Position numbers and translations under genes: made by a program. The notes under the pieces are model-generated. The model was not told the origin of the DNA. It saw nothing but the letters and a program-made list of their open reading frames with translations, and did not search any database. 64,000 nucleotides of DNA from an uncultured Hormoscilla sp. (GTDB taxonomy: Bacteria; Cyanobacteriota; Cyanobacteriia; Cyanobacteriales; Desertifilaceae): assembly GCA_963921275.4 (NCBI GenBank), contig OZ001293.3, forward strand, positions 1,120,001-1,184,000. The letters run 5' to 3'. How positions within the stretch are numbered: the stretch's first letter is position 1; the number at the start of each line of letters is the position of its first letter. Positions 24,148 to 37,025 of this stretch are shown here, in pieces.

Positions 24148-25089
24148 GTGCGAATCGTTTTGGCGTAAGTCTGAAATATGGCGATCGCCGGGCTGGTTAA
24201 TACCAGCAACTCTGGTCATCATGGGGTTCAATTCCCCTTCCCCCAGGTACGGGGGTGACCGCGTGAGGTGCTGCGGAGTAACATTACCGTGGTGCCTCCC
24301 GAGGACAAATGTAGGATAAGGTCTCAGCCCAGAGACCGACGCCGCATGGCTGCGCCACGCTGCGCGATCGGAAAGAGGCTCATGGTTAGAGCAAGCGAAT
24401 CCCTGTAAGCATCGTCATCTTAAACAAGCGAAAAGAGGCTGACACGCTTGGTGCAAAATGCGCACGCAGTCCGCGTATCAGTGGTTGCACGTCACTGATA
24501 TCGTACCCGAAATGACTGCCGGTGTATAGGGGAGACCTAAAAGCCTCGTGAAATGATACCAGGGAACGTTCCGGACAAGAGCGGTGCTGTCCAGATGGAC
24601 AAGTCAGATGTGCGTCCGCGTAGCGTGCGCGCAGCGCCTAGCGCATGCCCGCGTGGGGAGGGAGGTCCTAAGAAGCTAATGCCCGGGGTAATGCCTGTGG
24701 ATATGCAGACGTAGGACGGATATGGTAAAAAGCTCTAGGAGATAGTAGCCCTCTAAACGTGCTTAACCAGTGGCAACACTAGGTAGTAATGATGGACTGA
24801 AATCCTAACCGGGTAAAAAATTTAGAGGCCCCATACGGGCACCTGTTAGTAAAGAACGGTCATAGTGGTTTTCTAGTTCTCCCCCGTAAACCTTCCGGAG
24901 TTAGGTACTCAACTAGTTCATGACTGACCATAAAGGGGCTATATTTCATAGGGCAAGGGACAACGGGAGTAATCCCTAGTAATCCTACCCGTGACAAGGG
25001 TTTACCAACCAGTAGCCGTGTGCGGTGAAAGTCGCTCTTCAGGTTCCGAATGGGAGGATTGTCCCGCGAGGGACAGCTCGACCCCGACC
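24148..25089 (+). mobile_element. ORF-less group II intron I7 (942 nt) nested in DI of I6
   Basis: GTGCGAATCG...CGACCCCGACC. Removal restores AAGGCGCAATAACTGG, as in I3. Confidence 0.92.
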
Positions 25090-25512
25090 ATAACTGGTAG
25101 CCTGAACCAGTTACCGCCAAGCAAGTAGTCATGGTGAGCGAAAGCAAAGACTCATATAAGTGTCGTTACATTGAACCAGCGAAAAGGCTGATGCGCTGGC
25201 CCAAAAGGGAAAGGATACAGGTCATTGGCGGTTGTTTTTCCGACCAATAAGCACTGACAATAAACCCGGCATAGAAAGTCCACCTAAAACTACGACCAAT
25301 CATCTAGAGGAACGAAGTAAACCAGGTACATACTCTCAACCACAGGTCGATAGGTTGAGTAGCCACCACAGGCGCAACATCTGCTTTTATTTGGCAGGTT
25401 GTATCTGGGAGAGATTTCGTGGAGAAGCTAACGCCCTTCTGTAATGGACGGGATATGCTGACGCCCTCACGGTAACGTCAATTGTGAAGTTGTAAGTAGC
25501 AATGCATACGTC

Positions 25513-27291
25513 ATGAGCACGATCTCCGAATCGATGAATGAATGGAAGGATACCCCCTGGCGAAAGTTGGATCGGGTAGTCTTTAAGTTGCAAAAACGAA
25601 TTTACAGAGCGGCAATGGAAGGCAATAAGCGAACGGTTCGCAGACTCCAAAGGTTACTGGTAAAATCCCGGGCTGCCAAAAGTCTAGCGGTACGACAGGT
25701 AACTCAAGACAACCAGGGAAAGAAGACAGCGGGAGTGGACGGTGTAAAAGCACTGACCCCAAAGCAACGCTTAGAACTGGTAGGACAAATTGAAATCTCA
25801 AACAAGGCCAAACCTACACGTCGTGTATGGATACCAAAACCAGGGAGAGACGAAAAGCGTCCACTAGGAATACCAACGATGTACGACCGGGCGACACAAG
25901 GACTCCTCAAAATTGCGCTTGAACCCGAATGGGAGGCGCATATGGAAGGAAACTCCTATGGTTTCAGACCGGGTAGGGGATGTCACGATGCAATACAGGC
26001 AATATTCGGAAGCATCAAACAAAAATCAAAGTGGGTATTGGATGCTGATATTGCAAAATGTTTTGACAAGATAGACCACAGGGCGCTACTGGAAAAACTG
26101 AATACAACATCACCCATTCCTAGACAAATACGGGCATGGTTAAAAGCCGGTGTGATGGACAAAGGGGAGTGGCACGCAACCGAGGCGGGAACGCCCCAAG
26201 GGGGTGTCATATCCCCACTGCTAGCCAACATAGCCCTCCACGGGTTAGAGGAGGCAGTAAAGAAACTCGCTATGACACAAAGGGAAAAGCAGAAGCTAAC
26301 AGTAGTTAGATATGCAGACGACTTTGTGATAATGCACGAGGATAGGGAGATGATAGACAGAGCGCAGACAGTGGTAGCAGAGTGGCTAAAAGGAATGGGG
26401 TTAGAGCTGAAAGCCGAAAAGACAAAGATAGCCCACACACTAATCGAAGAAAACCCGGGGTTTGATTTCCTAGGATTCAACGTAAGGCAACATCAGGTGG
26501 GAAAACACAGAACCGGCAAATCAACTCAGGGAACACCCCTAGGCTACAAAACCCTAATCAAACCCAGTAAAAAGTCCATAGGGAAACATAAAGAACGGTT
26601 ATCAGAAGTGGTAACTAGCCATAAAACAATACCGCAAGAGGCCTTGATAAGTAGGCTAAACCCAATAATACGGGGATGGTCAAACTATTACAGGACAGTG
26701 GTAAGTAAGGAAACTTACAACGATATGGATAAATACCTATGGAACATCCTATGGCAATGGGCCAAAAGGAGGCACCCTAATAAGTCAAGTCACTGGATAG
26801 CCCGTAAGTACTGGTCCGTAGACCAGGATGGTAAATGGCGATTCCGATGTAAGACAGGAGAGGGAGAGATAACGCTGCGCAAACACTCCGAAACTGAGAT
26901 AGTCAGACACGTAAAAGTGAAAGGAATAGCAAGCCCATATGACGGGAACCTTACATATTGGAGTACAAGGTTAGGCAAAAACCCCGAATTGAGTAAGAGG
27001 GTAGCAACGCTACTTAAGAAGCAAAAAGGAAAATGCCAACACTGCGGACTAACATTCAAGGACAGTGACAAATGGGAAGTTGACCAGATCAAGCCCCTTT
27101 CATTAGGAGGTAAGGACCGGTATGACAACCTACAATTACTGCACAAGCATTGCCACGACTCAAAGACTGTCAACGATGGCAGCAAAAACAGCCGTACCCA
27201 TGACAAGGGTGATGTTGCCGAGGAGCCGGATGAGGTGAAAGTCTCACGTCCGGTTCTGAAGACGAGTCGGTCCGGTGACGGACTGGCTTAG
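25513..27291 (+). CDS. ltrA: Intact group II intron RT/maturase/HNH protein (592 aa)
   Basis: Full RT0-7 with YADD, X domain and CxxC/HNH region; HNH His is replaced (VDQI). Confidence 0.95.
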   Translation: MSTISESMNEWKDTPWRKLDRVVFKLQKRIYRAAMEGNKRTVRRLQRLLVKSRAAKSLAVRQVTQDNQGKKTAGVDGVKALTPKQRLELVGQIEISNKAKPTRRVWIPKPGRDEKRPLGIPTMYDRATQGLLKIALEPEWEAHMEGNSYGFRPGRGCHDAIQAIFGSIKQKSKWVLDADIAKCFDKIDHRALLEKLNTTSPIPRQIRAWLKAGVMDKGEWHATEAGTPQGGVISPLLANIALHGLEEAVKKLAMTQREKQKLTVVRYADDFVIMHEDREMIDRAQTVVAEWLKGMGLELKAEKTKIAHTLIEENPGFDFLGFNVRQHQVGKHRTGKSTQGTPLGYKTLIKPSKKSIGKHKERLSEVVTSHKTIPQEALISRLNPIIRGWSNYYRTVVSKETYNDMDKYLWNILWQWAKRRHPNKSSHWIARKYWSVDQDGKWRFRCKTGEGEITLRKHSETEIVRHVKVKGIASPYDGNLTYWSTRLGKNPELSKRVATLLKKQKGKCQHCGLTFKDSDKWEVDQIKPLSLGGKDRYDNLQLLHKHCHDSKTVNDGSKNSRTHDKGDVAEEPDEVKVSRPVLKTSRSGDGLA

Positions 27292-28041
27292 TTTAATCTC
27301 TAGTAATCCTACCATTGACTTGGGCCTACTACCCAGTAGCCGTGTGCGGTGAAAGTCGCATGCACGGTTTCGAATGGGAGGGTTGGAAAGCGATTTCCAG
27401 CTCGACCCCTAATTAATCGAGTATTCGCCACCTTCGGTGTCCGACAAAAAACTCCATCGCGATTATTGGCACTTCTCCTTCCCTGTGGGGGGTGTAGCTT
27501 CTGTGTCCCTCGGGTAGTGCGAGTAGCGCTCCCGAGGGACACAGAAGACGAGTTTGGTTCGTCCGGTTGGGGGGGATGACCGATCGCACGTAAAACCAAT
27601 CCGGCGCTAAAGAAACTATTTTTCCATCTACAGTAGCGCAGATATCGCAGTTAGTACCGATTAATGCCTGGGGTAAAATGCGTCCAGCGATTCCCAAGCT
27701 TTCGGTTAACGCTGCTGCTAGCGGGGGTTGATTGAAGTTGTCAACGGGGTCGTCTGGTATAGGAAAATCAGGAGGTAATTTCTCCCAAATGATTATCGGT
27801 TTACTGATAGTTATGGCCATGATAATCTTTCCCCCGTGCTGTTATCATTATTATGAGGGAGGAGGTGCGATTCGTTTCGGTATAAATCAGAAATGATGAA
27901 ATCCGGGTTGGGCGCAAGCTCAACAACTCAGGTCCGGAATGGGGGTTCAATTCCCCTCCCCCGCGGGGGTGACACCAGACCTCGGTGCTGCGTCCTAACA
28001 TCGCCCCCGGTGCTGAGCGAGGTCTTAAATATAGGATTAAA

Positions 28042-30709
28042 CTAAGCCAACGGGTCACCCCGCCGACTCGTCTTCAGAACCGGACGTGAGACTTTCACCT
28101 CATCCGGCTCCTCAGTTTCGCCATCCTTGTCATGGATACGGCCTTTGTCACCATCTCTGGCAGACTTTACATCATGGCAATAATCATGCAGCAACTGTAG
28201 GTTGGTATACCAGTCTTTACCTCCTTTAGAAACTGGTAGAATATGGTCAACCTCCCATTTGTCGCCATCTTTGAATTTCAGTCCGCAGTGCACACACTTA
28301 CCATCCTGCTCTTTTAGCAGTCTGATAACTCTAGCGCTCACATCCGGGCTTTTTCTCAGTCTTTTGCTCCAATAAACCAGATTACCGTCAAACGGGCTAG
28401 CTGTCCCCTTAACCTTTACGTGTCTGTGCGATTCGTTCTAGCCTAACGTGGTCAAACACGGAACGCTAGCCCGGTTTCATTAGCCGGGAACTCTGACCGC
28501 ATGGGGGTTAAATTCCCCTCCCCCCAGGTACGGGGGTGACACCGGTCCTCGGTGCTACGAAGCGACATCATCGTGGTGCTAAGCGAGGACTCAAATGTAG
28601 GATAACTGGCAGCCTAAGCCGGTGACGCCGCTAGGAAAGATATCCAAGGTTAGAGCAGGCAAACATGTGCAAGCCTCGTTATAAGGAACCAGCGAAATAA
28701 GGCTATATGCGCTGGCCTAAAAAGGAAATGGTAGCTAGTATTAGTTTTAGACTCTGGCTAATATAGTACTCAAATAGCTCCCGGGGTATAGTGTGGACCT
28801 AAAGGTATCGCGAAATGTTGTTAGGGAACGAAGTAACCTCTCGTGTGCTGTCCATCAGGACAAGTTAGATGTTAAGCGCAAGCCACGGGGGGAGGGATGG
28901 CCCAAGAAGCGAATGCCCGGGGTAATTCCTGGGATAACATCTACAGTAATGTAGATGATGCTGGGTAGCCAGCGCTGACGTGGGTCGGTGATACTAGGAA
29001 GCTGCTGGAATGAGTAATCCTAAAAAGCCACGGAACTAATCCGAAACGCAAGTGGAGGATAAGGTATGGATAACTGGTAAAACTGACTTGAAAATGGTGA
29101 TACTAACGGTTATCAGAACAACCACTCGCTAAACCAGGAAAGGGAAGAAAAGACAGGCGGCAAGGGCTAACGGAAGTAATTCCTATTAAGTCTACCTATG
29201 AAAAGGGCCTAGTACCCAGTAGCCGGATGCGGTGAAAATCGCAAGTCCGGTTCCTCAAGGGAGGGTCGGGAAGCGATTCCCGGCTCGACCCCATCCGATT
29301 ATTTCAGTTTCAGAGTATCGGTTTAGCTTCATTCCTCCATCTTCTTTAGACTTGCCAGCGAACCTCCACCGGTCTTTCCCGGTCATACCCCAGTACTTAC
29401 TAGCAATCCATTTGCCCGTTTTGTTAGGATGTCTTCTCTTTGCCCATCGCCATAACAACTTCCATAAGTAGTTATCCATAGAGCTGTAAGTTTCTTTACT
29501 TACCACCGTCCTATAATAGTTGCTCCATCCCCTTATCATCGGGTTTAGTCTTGCTATTAAGGCCGTTTGCGGTGCCCCTTTATGGCGGCGAACTATCTCT
29601 GATAGCTGCTCTTTATGATTCCTTATGGATTTATCGCTAGGCTTGATTAGGGTCTTGAATCCTAGGGGGGTTCCGTTACAGAGTTTGCCGCTTCTGTGTT
29701 TCCCTACTTTATATTGTCGGATATTGAACCCTAAGAAGTCAAATCCAGGGCTCTCTCCTTCCAATGTGTGGGATATCTTCGTTTTCTCGGCTTTTTGCTC
29801 CAGCCCTATTCCCTTCAACCACTCCTCAATCACTCCTTGAGCTTCCTCAATCATCGACCGGTCATTATGTATTACCACAAAGTCATCCGCATATCTTACT
29901 ACGGTTAACTTCTCCTTCTCTCTTTTTGTGTGAGCGAGACCCATTACTACCCCTTCCAGCCCATGTAAAGCTATATTGGCTAGTAATGGAGATATAACCC
30001 CACCTTGGGGAGTTCCGGCTTCTGTGGATTCCATCCTTCCCCGGTCCATCACCCCAGCTTTTAGCCATGCCCGTATTTGTTTACGGATTGGTGACGTAGT
30101 ATTCAATTTCTTTAGGAGCGCGGAATGGTCAATTTCGTCGAAACACTTCGCAATATCCGCATCTAACACCCATTTCGATTTTTGACTGATGCTAGCGAAT
30201 ATCGCTGCAACTGCATCATGACATCCCCTACCTGGTCTAAACCCGTAGGAATTGGCTTCCATATACGCTTCCCATTCAGGCTCTAGCGCTTCTTTAACCA
30301 ATCCCTGAAGTGCGCGGTCGTGCATCGTTGGTATTCCTAATGGCCGCTTCTCCTCCCTTCGTGGCTTCGGTATCCACACTCTTCGTGTGGCTTTTGCCTT
30401 CGCCTTTCGAGTAACTTTGATTTGACCTACCAGTTCGATACGTTCTTTTGGGGTCAGTGCTTTCACACCATCCACACCAGCCGTCTTCTTTCCCTGGTTT
30501 TGTTGTGTTACCTGCCGTACCGCTATCATCTTCGCGGACCATGACCTATTTAGTAATCCTTGGAGCTTACGAACCTTCTGCTTATTACCTTCCAGTGCCG
30601 CTCTGTAAATTCGCTTTTGCAGCTTAAAAACTATCCTTTCCAGCTTTCGCCAGGCGACAGTCTTCCATTCATACTCTTGTCTTTCGACTAAGTTCCGTGA
30701 CATATTCAC
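28042..30709 (-). pseudogene. ltrA: Intron-encoded RT/maturase/HNH interrupted by antisense intron I10
   Basis: Removing 28426-29296 rejoins SETEII|RHVKVKG in frame. Confidence 0.9.
28426..29296 (+). mobile_element. ORF-less group II intron I10 (871 nt), antisense within the I9 ORF
   Basis: GTGCGATTCG...CTCGACCCCATCC; boundaries fixed by the host reading frame. Confidence 0.93.
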
Positions 30710-31071
30710 TACTACTTACAACTTCACAATTGACGAGACCGTGAGGGCGTCAGCTTATCCTATCCATTACAGACAGGCATTTGCTTCTCCACTCAATCTC
30801 CCCCAGTTGCGTCCTGCCTTCCGGAGAGCAGATGTTACGCCTGTGGTGGCTACTCCATCTATCGACCGGTGATGGAGAGTGCTACAACCGGGTTACTTCG
30901 TTCCTACAGATGATTGGTCGTAACCTTAGACGGGTTCTCTACGCCGGGTTTATTGTCAGTGCTTATTGGTCGGGTATACATCCGCCAATGACCAGTATCC
31001 TTTCCCTTTTTGGGCCAGTGTATCAGCCTTATTACACTGGATAGGCTTTACGACGTTGCAAACCTTCGCTT

Positions 31072-31906
<835 letters not shown>

Positions 31907-32961
31907 TACGCTCATCATAGTTACTTGCTCGACGATGACCGGTCTAGGCTCCCAGCCATAGCGCCTTTCCTTCCCGCTTCACGGATTGATGCCATCGCTA
32001 CCGTGGGGAGGGTGCTGTCACTCCTGCACCTGGAGGGGCGGGCTTTCACCACCATCACCTGTAAGTTCTCGGGACTTACGAAATCCCGGTAGCGGTCCCC
32101 CTCCTTGACTTGTGTCAAGTTAGTTTACGCTAAACGAATCGCACATAAACCCTAGCCTAAAGGGTGACTAGGAAAGAAGTCCATGGTTAGAACAAGGGAA
32201 TCCCTGTAAGCGTCGTAAACATTAACAAGCGAAAAAGGCGCTCCACCCTTGGTGCAAAATGCGCAAGCAGTCCGCGTATCAGTATTATTCTTTTACTGAT
32301 ATCGTACCCTCAATAACTGTCGGCGTATAGGGGAGACCTAAAGGCTTCGCGAAATGATACCTGCCAACGAAGTAACCCCCGTGATTCTATCCGCAAGGAT
32401 AAGTCAGATGTGAAGCGCATGGTCACGTGGGGAGGGATGTCCTAAAAAGCTAATGCCCGGAGTAATGCCTGGGATATGCCCACGTCGGACGGTGATAGTA
32501 GGATGTTCTGGGAGAAAGTAGCTCTCTAAAAGTGCTGTACCGGTGTATCGACCCACCAGGTAGTAATGTGGACTAAAATCCTATCCAGGTAAAAAACAGG
32601 GGGTACGGGCACCTGTTAGTAAAGAGCGGTTCTGGTGGTTTACCAGTTTATCCCCCGCTCACCTTCCGGAGGTAGGTAGTCAAATAGTCCCTCAGACCAC
32701 CATAAAGGAGCCAAATTTCATGGGGCAAGGGACAACGGGAGTAATCCCTAGTAATTCTGTCAGTGACAGTGACCTACTACCCACAAGTAGCCTGGTGCGG
32801 TGAAAGTCGCTCTTCAGGTTCGGAATGGTCGGGTCGGGGGGTGACCCCTGGATCGACCCCGATCAGCCCTTGCCCGTCCTTCCCTCCTTGTCCTTTAGCC
32901 TTATTTTTTTCAGCCAGCGATAGTTAGGGACGATCGCTTCTCAAAAGCTATCCTATAGGAA

Positions 32962-35347
32962 ATTAAACTAAGCCAAGGAGTCACATCCTCGACTCGTCTT
33001 CAAAACCGGACGATCTGCTTTTCACCTCATCCGGCTCCTCAGTAATGCCACCCTTGTCATGGGTACGGCTATTACTACCATCATTGGCAGTCTTTATGTC
33101 GTGGCAATGTTTGTGCAACAGTTGCAAGTTGTCCCATTGGTCCTTGCCACCTAATGAGAGTGGTTTGATGTGGTCTATTTCCCACCTGTCGCTATCCTTG
33201 AATGTTAGTCCGCACTGTTGACATTTCCCTTTTTGCCTTTTGAGTAGTTTGGCTACTCGGTTATTCAACTCTGGGTTTTTGCCTAATCTTGTGCTCTAAT
33301 ATGTAAGGTTCCCGTCGTATGGGCTTGCTGTTCCTTTCACCTTTACATGTCTTACTATCTCTACACTCGCGTGTCGATATAGTTCTGTATCATCTTCCTG
33401 AAATCGCCATTGTGCATCTTGGCCAATTGACCAATACTTCCTGGTTATCCATCCTTTTGACTTGTTAGGGTGTCTTCTTTTTGCCCAATTCCACAGGATT
33501 TCCCATAGGTGCTTGTCCATTTCTGAGTAAGTCTCTTTGCTTACCACTGCTCTGAAGTAGTTCGCCCATCCCCGTATTACCGGGTTAAGTTTACTTATCA
33601 AAGCTGCTTGCGGAACCGCTTTATGATTCCTTAATATCTCCGCTAACCTTTCTTTATGCTTACCTATGGATTTATTACTGGGTTTGATGATGGTTTTGAA
33701 TCCTAGTACTTTACCATGTGCGTTTCTACCACTTCTGTATTTGCTTACCTCATATTGCCTTACATTGAAGCCCAGGAAGTCAAATCCTGCCTCTTTTCCG
33801 TTTAGCGTATGGGTTAGCCTTGTCTTTTCTGGTTTGAGTTCTAGTCCAATTCCCTTTAGCCATTTAGCTATGACATTCTGCGCATCTTCTATCATTTTTC
33901 GGTCATCGTGCAAGACTATAAAGTCATCGGCATATCTGTCAACTTCTGACTTTTGCTTTTCCTTTTGTGTCTTTGCTAATTCCATTACTTTATCCTCTAA
34001 CCCCTGTAGGGCTATATTTGCGAGTAATGGTGATATGACTCCTCCTTGTGGAGTTCCCTCCTCTGTCGGATACCATACCTTTTTATCTATCACCCCGGCT
34101 TTTAACCTTGCCCGTATCTGTTTACGGATTGGTGATGTCGTATTTAGTTTTTCCATGAGCGCTTTATGGTCAATTTTATCGAAGCATTTAGCTATGTCAG
34201 CATCTAGTACCCACTTGGGCTTGTGTTTGATACTGACAAATATGGCTCCGATTGCGTCGTGGCATCCTCTCCCTGGCCTGAATCCATAGGAGTTACCTTC
34301 AAAATACGCCTCCCATTCAGGATAAGTGCGCTATCTTCAGTAACCCCGGCGTTGCACGGTCGTACATCGTCGGTATTCCCAATGGACGCTTGGAGTCTCT
34401 CCCTGGTTTGGGTATCCACACTCGTCGCGTGGGTTTTGCCTTGTTTGAGATTTCTATCTGTCCTACCAGTTCTTGGCGCTGCTTTGGGGTCAGTGATTTC
34501 ACACCATCCACACCGGCAGTTTTCTTTCCCTGGTTATCTTGTGTTACCTGTCGTACCGTTAATTTCTTAGCAGCCTGGGAGCTTACCAGTAACCTCTGGA
34601 GCCTGCGAACCATCCGCTTATCGCCACGTTGTGCCGCTCTGTAAATCCGTTTTTGTAACTTAAAGACTACCCGCTCCAGCTTATGCCAGGGGATGTTCTT
34701 CCATTCATCCATCGGCTTGGTGCCGTGTCTATGACATTTCATTACTACTCACCGCTTTACTTTTGACATTACCGTGAGGGCGTCAGCGTATCCCACTCAT
34801 TACAAGTAGGCGTTTGCTTCTCCGCGAAATCTTTCCCAGGTATGACCTGCCTGATGGAAGCATATGTTGCGCCTTTGGTGGCTGCTCTACCTATCGACCG
34901 GTGGTAGAGAGTGCATACCTGGTTTACTTCGTTCCTACAGACGATTGTTCGTAGTTTTAGATGGATTCCTTGCGCCGGGTTTATTGTCAGTGCTTATTGG
35001 TCGGCACATCATCCGCCAATGACCTATATCCTTTCCCTTTTGGGCCAGTGTGTCAGCCTTATTACACTGGTTTACAGTGACGACGCTGCAATTCTTTGCT
35101 TTATGCTCATCATGACTACTTGCTCGACGTTGACCGGTGTAGGCTACCAGTTAGTGCGCCTTTCATTCCCGCTTTACGGATTGATGCCATCGCTACCGTC
35201 GGGAAAGTGCTGTTACTCCTGCACCTGGAGAGGTGGACTTTCACCACCATCATCTGTAAGTTGTCAGGGCTAATGGAACCCTGCCAGTGGTCCCCCGCCG
35301 GTGCTCCTTTATTGGTTCACCGGTGGTTTACACTGAACGAATCGCAC
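32962..35347 (-). mobile_element. Group II intron I12, ORF-containing, degenerate
   Basis: Minus-strand GTGCGATTCG at 35347 and CTTAGTTTAAT end at 32962. Confidence 0.92.
32970..34742 (-). pseudogene. ltrA: Intron-encoded RT/maturase/HNH, multiple frameshifts and stops
   Basis: ORF pieces 34317-34742, 33296-34156 (YADD) and 32981-33268 (HNH). Confidence 0.9.
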
Positions 35348-35576
35348 GAAAGGTATTGTACTGTGCTTTCGATATCTCTGGGTCGAGGTATCTCCTGGTC
35401 GCTCGATGTTCCCCGAGGGCGCTAGGGGCACAAAGGGGGGAACATCGTACTCGCACAAAAGAGGAGATACCTCGCGCTACATGCGCTGCGCGCACCAGGC
35501 TGCAAACTCCGCCGAAGTGATCGCACTACCCCAGAGATATCGACGTGACACTGGCAGCGGTCCCCTGCTGGCTAAA

Positions 35577-36911
35577 TTACAAGAAAACAAAGGTTCCGGC
35601 TTCTGCTGCGAGTTCAGTTGCCTGAATATTCAGGAAAATTCCTAGGTCACTCCCGGCAAAGCTAATCACAGCATCACTTCCCAATTGCCTAAAGCTAAGG
35701 TCATCAATGGATGATATACCGATACGACTGATGCCAATTACATCAATACCCAGTTCAAAGTCAGTAATGGTGTTAGCCATTGAAGGTACTTCGCCATTAG
35801 CGATCCAGAAAGCGTCAGCAGCAGCGCCACCGCTGATAATATTGTCGCCACCACTGCCCACAAAAAACTTGTCCTCTCCTCGACCACCAAACAGACGATC
35901 GCTGCTACCTGGGAAGAAGATGTCGTCCCCCCGACCACCAAACAGCAGGTTATTGCCGTCGCCGTTCGAGCTATCCAGAAGGTCATCTCCCGGGCCGGCG
36001 AACAAGCTATCATTAGTATCAGCAAAAAGTCGATCGTCCCCTGTACCGCCAAACAGAAGGTTATTGCCATCGCCGTCCCCAGCGTCGAGGCGATCGTCTC
36101 CGGGACCAGCGAACAAGCGATCGCCCCTACCAGGGATTAGTTCATCATTGCCTGTACCGCCAAAGAGAAGGTTATTGCCGCCGCCGTTCGATGCATCCAG
36201 AATATCATCTCCTGCGCCACCTTCCAAAAGTTCATTTGTATCAGCAAACAATGGGTCATTATCATTATCCGTGATGTTGGGATTAACGATACTCAGACTA
36301 TTGATGCCGATCGCCCGCTCTGGTTCGGTACTACTAATAACTAGCTGCTTAATGTTAGGACTGTCGCTTCTGACACCTAGGAATATGGCTGAATTATCCA
36401 ATTCCAAAGAGGAAGTTCCAGATACTGAAAAACTTCTCAACAGCATATTATTGTCGTCAAAAGCAGAAATTAATCCTGTGAATTCAAAAGTATCATCTAC
36501 GGCTAGTTGAGCGCCTGCGCCCAACACGGGGGTATCGAAGGTAATAGTTATCGGTCCTGGGTTGCCTGGGGCAGGAGGCGGACCTGCCATGAAGCCCGTA
36601 AACAGAATATAATCTCCCGTGGCATAGTTAGTCTCTATGCCTGGTGCTGGCAGAGTGCGAAACACCAATGGCGGCGTAATGCCCGGTTCAGCAGGGGGGA
36701 TATCTACCAAAAGTTGGAGACCTGCTGGGGAGGTGGTTGAGAAGGAATTGCCTAAAGTATTGACGGAGTTGACTGGATCGATCGGGTCGGACAAGGGACC
36801 CAAACTGGACCAATCAATTTGGTCATTGCCTGCTAAGGTCGCCCGATCGCGGACCAATGTGACTGCTGTTACCCCGGGCCTGCCCGATAGACGTAAATCG
36901 TTCATGCTCAA
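35577..36911 (-). CDS. RTX/hemolysin-type Ca-binding repeat protein
   Basis: Many GGxGxDxL nonapeptides and a C-terminal TITDFELGIDVI motif. Confidence 0.85.
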   Translation of the reverse strand: MSMNDLRLSGRPGVTAVTLVRDRATLAGNDQIDWSSLGPLSDPIDPVNSVNTLGNSFSTTSPAGLQLLVDIPPAEPGITPPLVFRTLPAPGIETNYATGDYILFTGFMAGPPPAPGNPGPITITFDTPVLGAGAQLAVDDTFEFTGLISAFDDNNMLLRSFSVSGTSSLELDNSAIFLGVRSDSPNIKQLVISSTEPERAIGINSLSIVNPNITDNDNDPLFADTNELLEGGAGDDILDASNGGGNNLLFGGTGNDELIPGRGDRLFAGPGDDRLDAGDGDGNNLLFGGTGDDRLFADTNDSLFAGPGDDLLDSSNGDGNNLLFGGRGDDIFFPGSSDRLFGGRGEDKFFVGSGGDNIISGGAAADAFWIANGEVPSMANTITDFELGIDVIGISRIGISSIDDLSFRQLGSDAVISFAGSDLGIFLNIQATELAAEAGTFVFL

Positions 36912-37025
36912 CTCCTGTAATGTTGACTAATAAAATTCAGTTCGGTGGGCAGGGGCCCCCTACAGTACCCCACGTTCCCACCCGCAGCGTGGGAACGGGT
37001 TCCGACCTGTTATAGTTCCGGCCTG

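Larger units (their letters stand above)
23966..27297 (+). mobile_element. Group II intron I6, ORF-containing, inserted in DIV of I5
   Basis: GTGCGATTCG start and TTAGTTTAAT end. Removal restores GAGTAATCTCTAGTAATCCTACC, matching sister ORF-less introns. Confidence 0.94.
23255..27413 (+). mobile_element. ORF-less group II intron I5 (827 nt net), outer intron of a triple nest
   Basis: GTGCGATGAG start; DV/DVI at ~27335-27409, ending CGACCCCTAAT. EBS2 ACATCC pairs with flank GGATGT. Confidence 0.92.
23123..27820 (-). pseudogene. Uma2-family endonuclease gene disrupted by antisense intron nest I5/I6/I7, a repeat insertion and a MITE
   Basis: WEKLPPDF.IPDDPVDN, APDWFYV. Joining 27414 to 23254 gives GGEYSIKSKHPPGKWYYYEQILLLPTYAIFDP. 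Confidence 0.85.

Noticed and set aside
29100..29110. TACTAAC spliceosomal-type branch sequence in I10 DIV
   Set aside because: Sister introns have TACTAAA and the branch A is in DVI; coincidence.
35707..36510. 267-aa Ser/Pro-rich + strand ORF
   Set aside because: Shadow frame of the Gly/Asp-rich RTX gene on the opposite strand.
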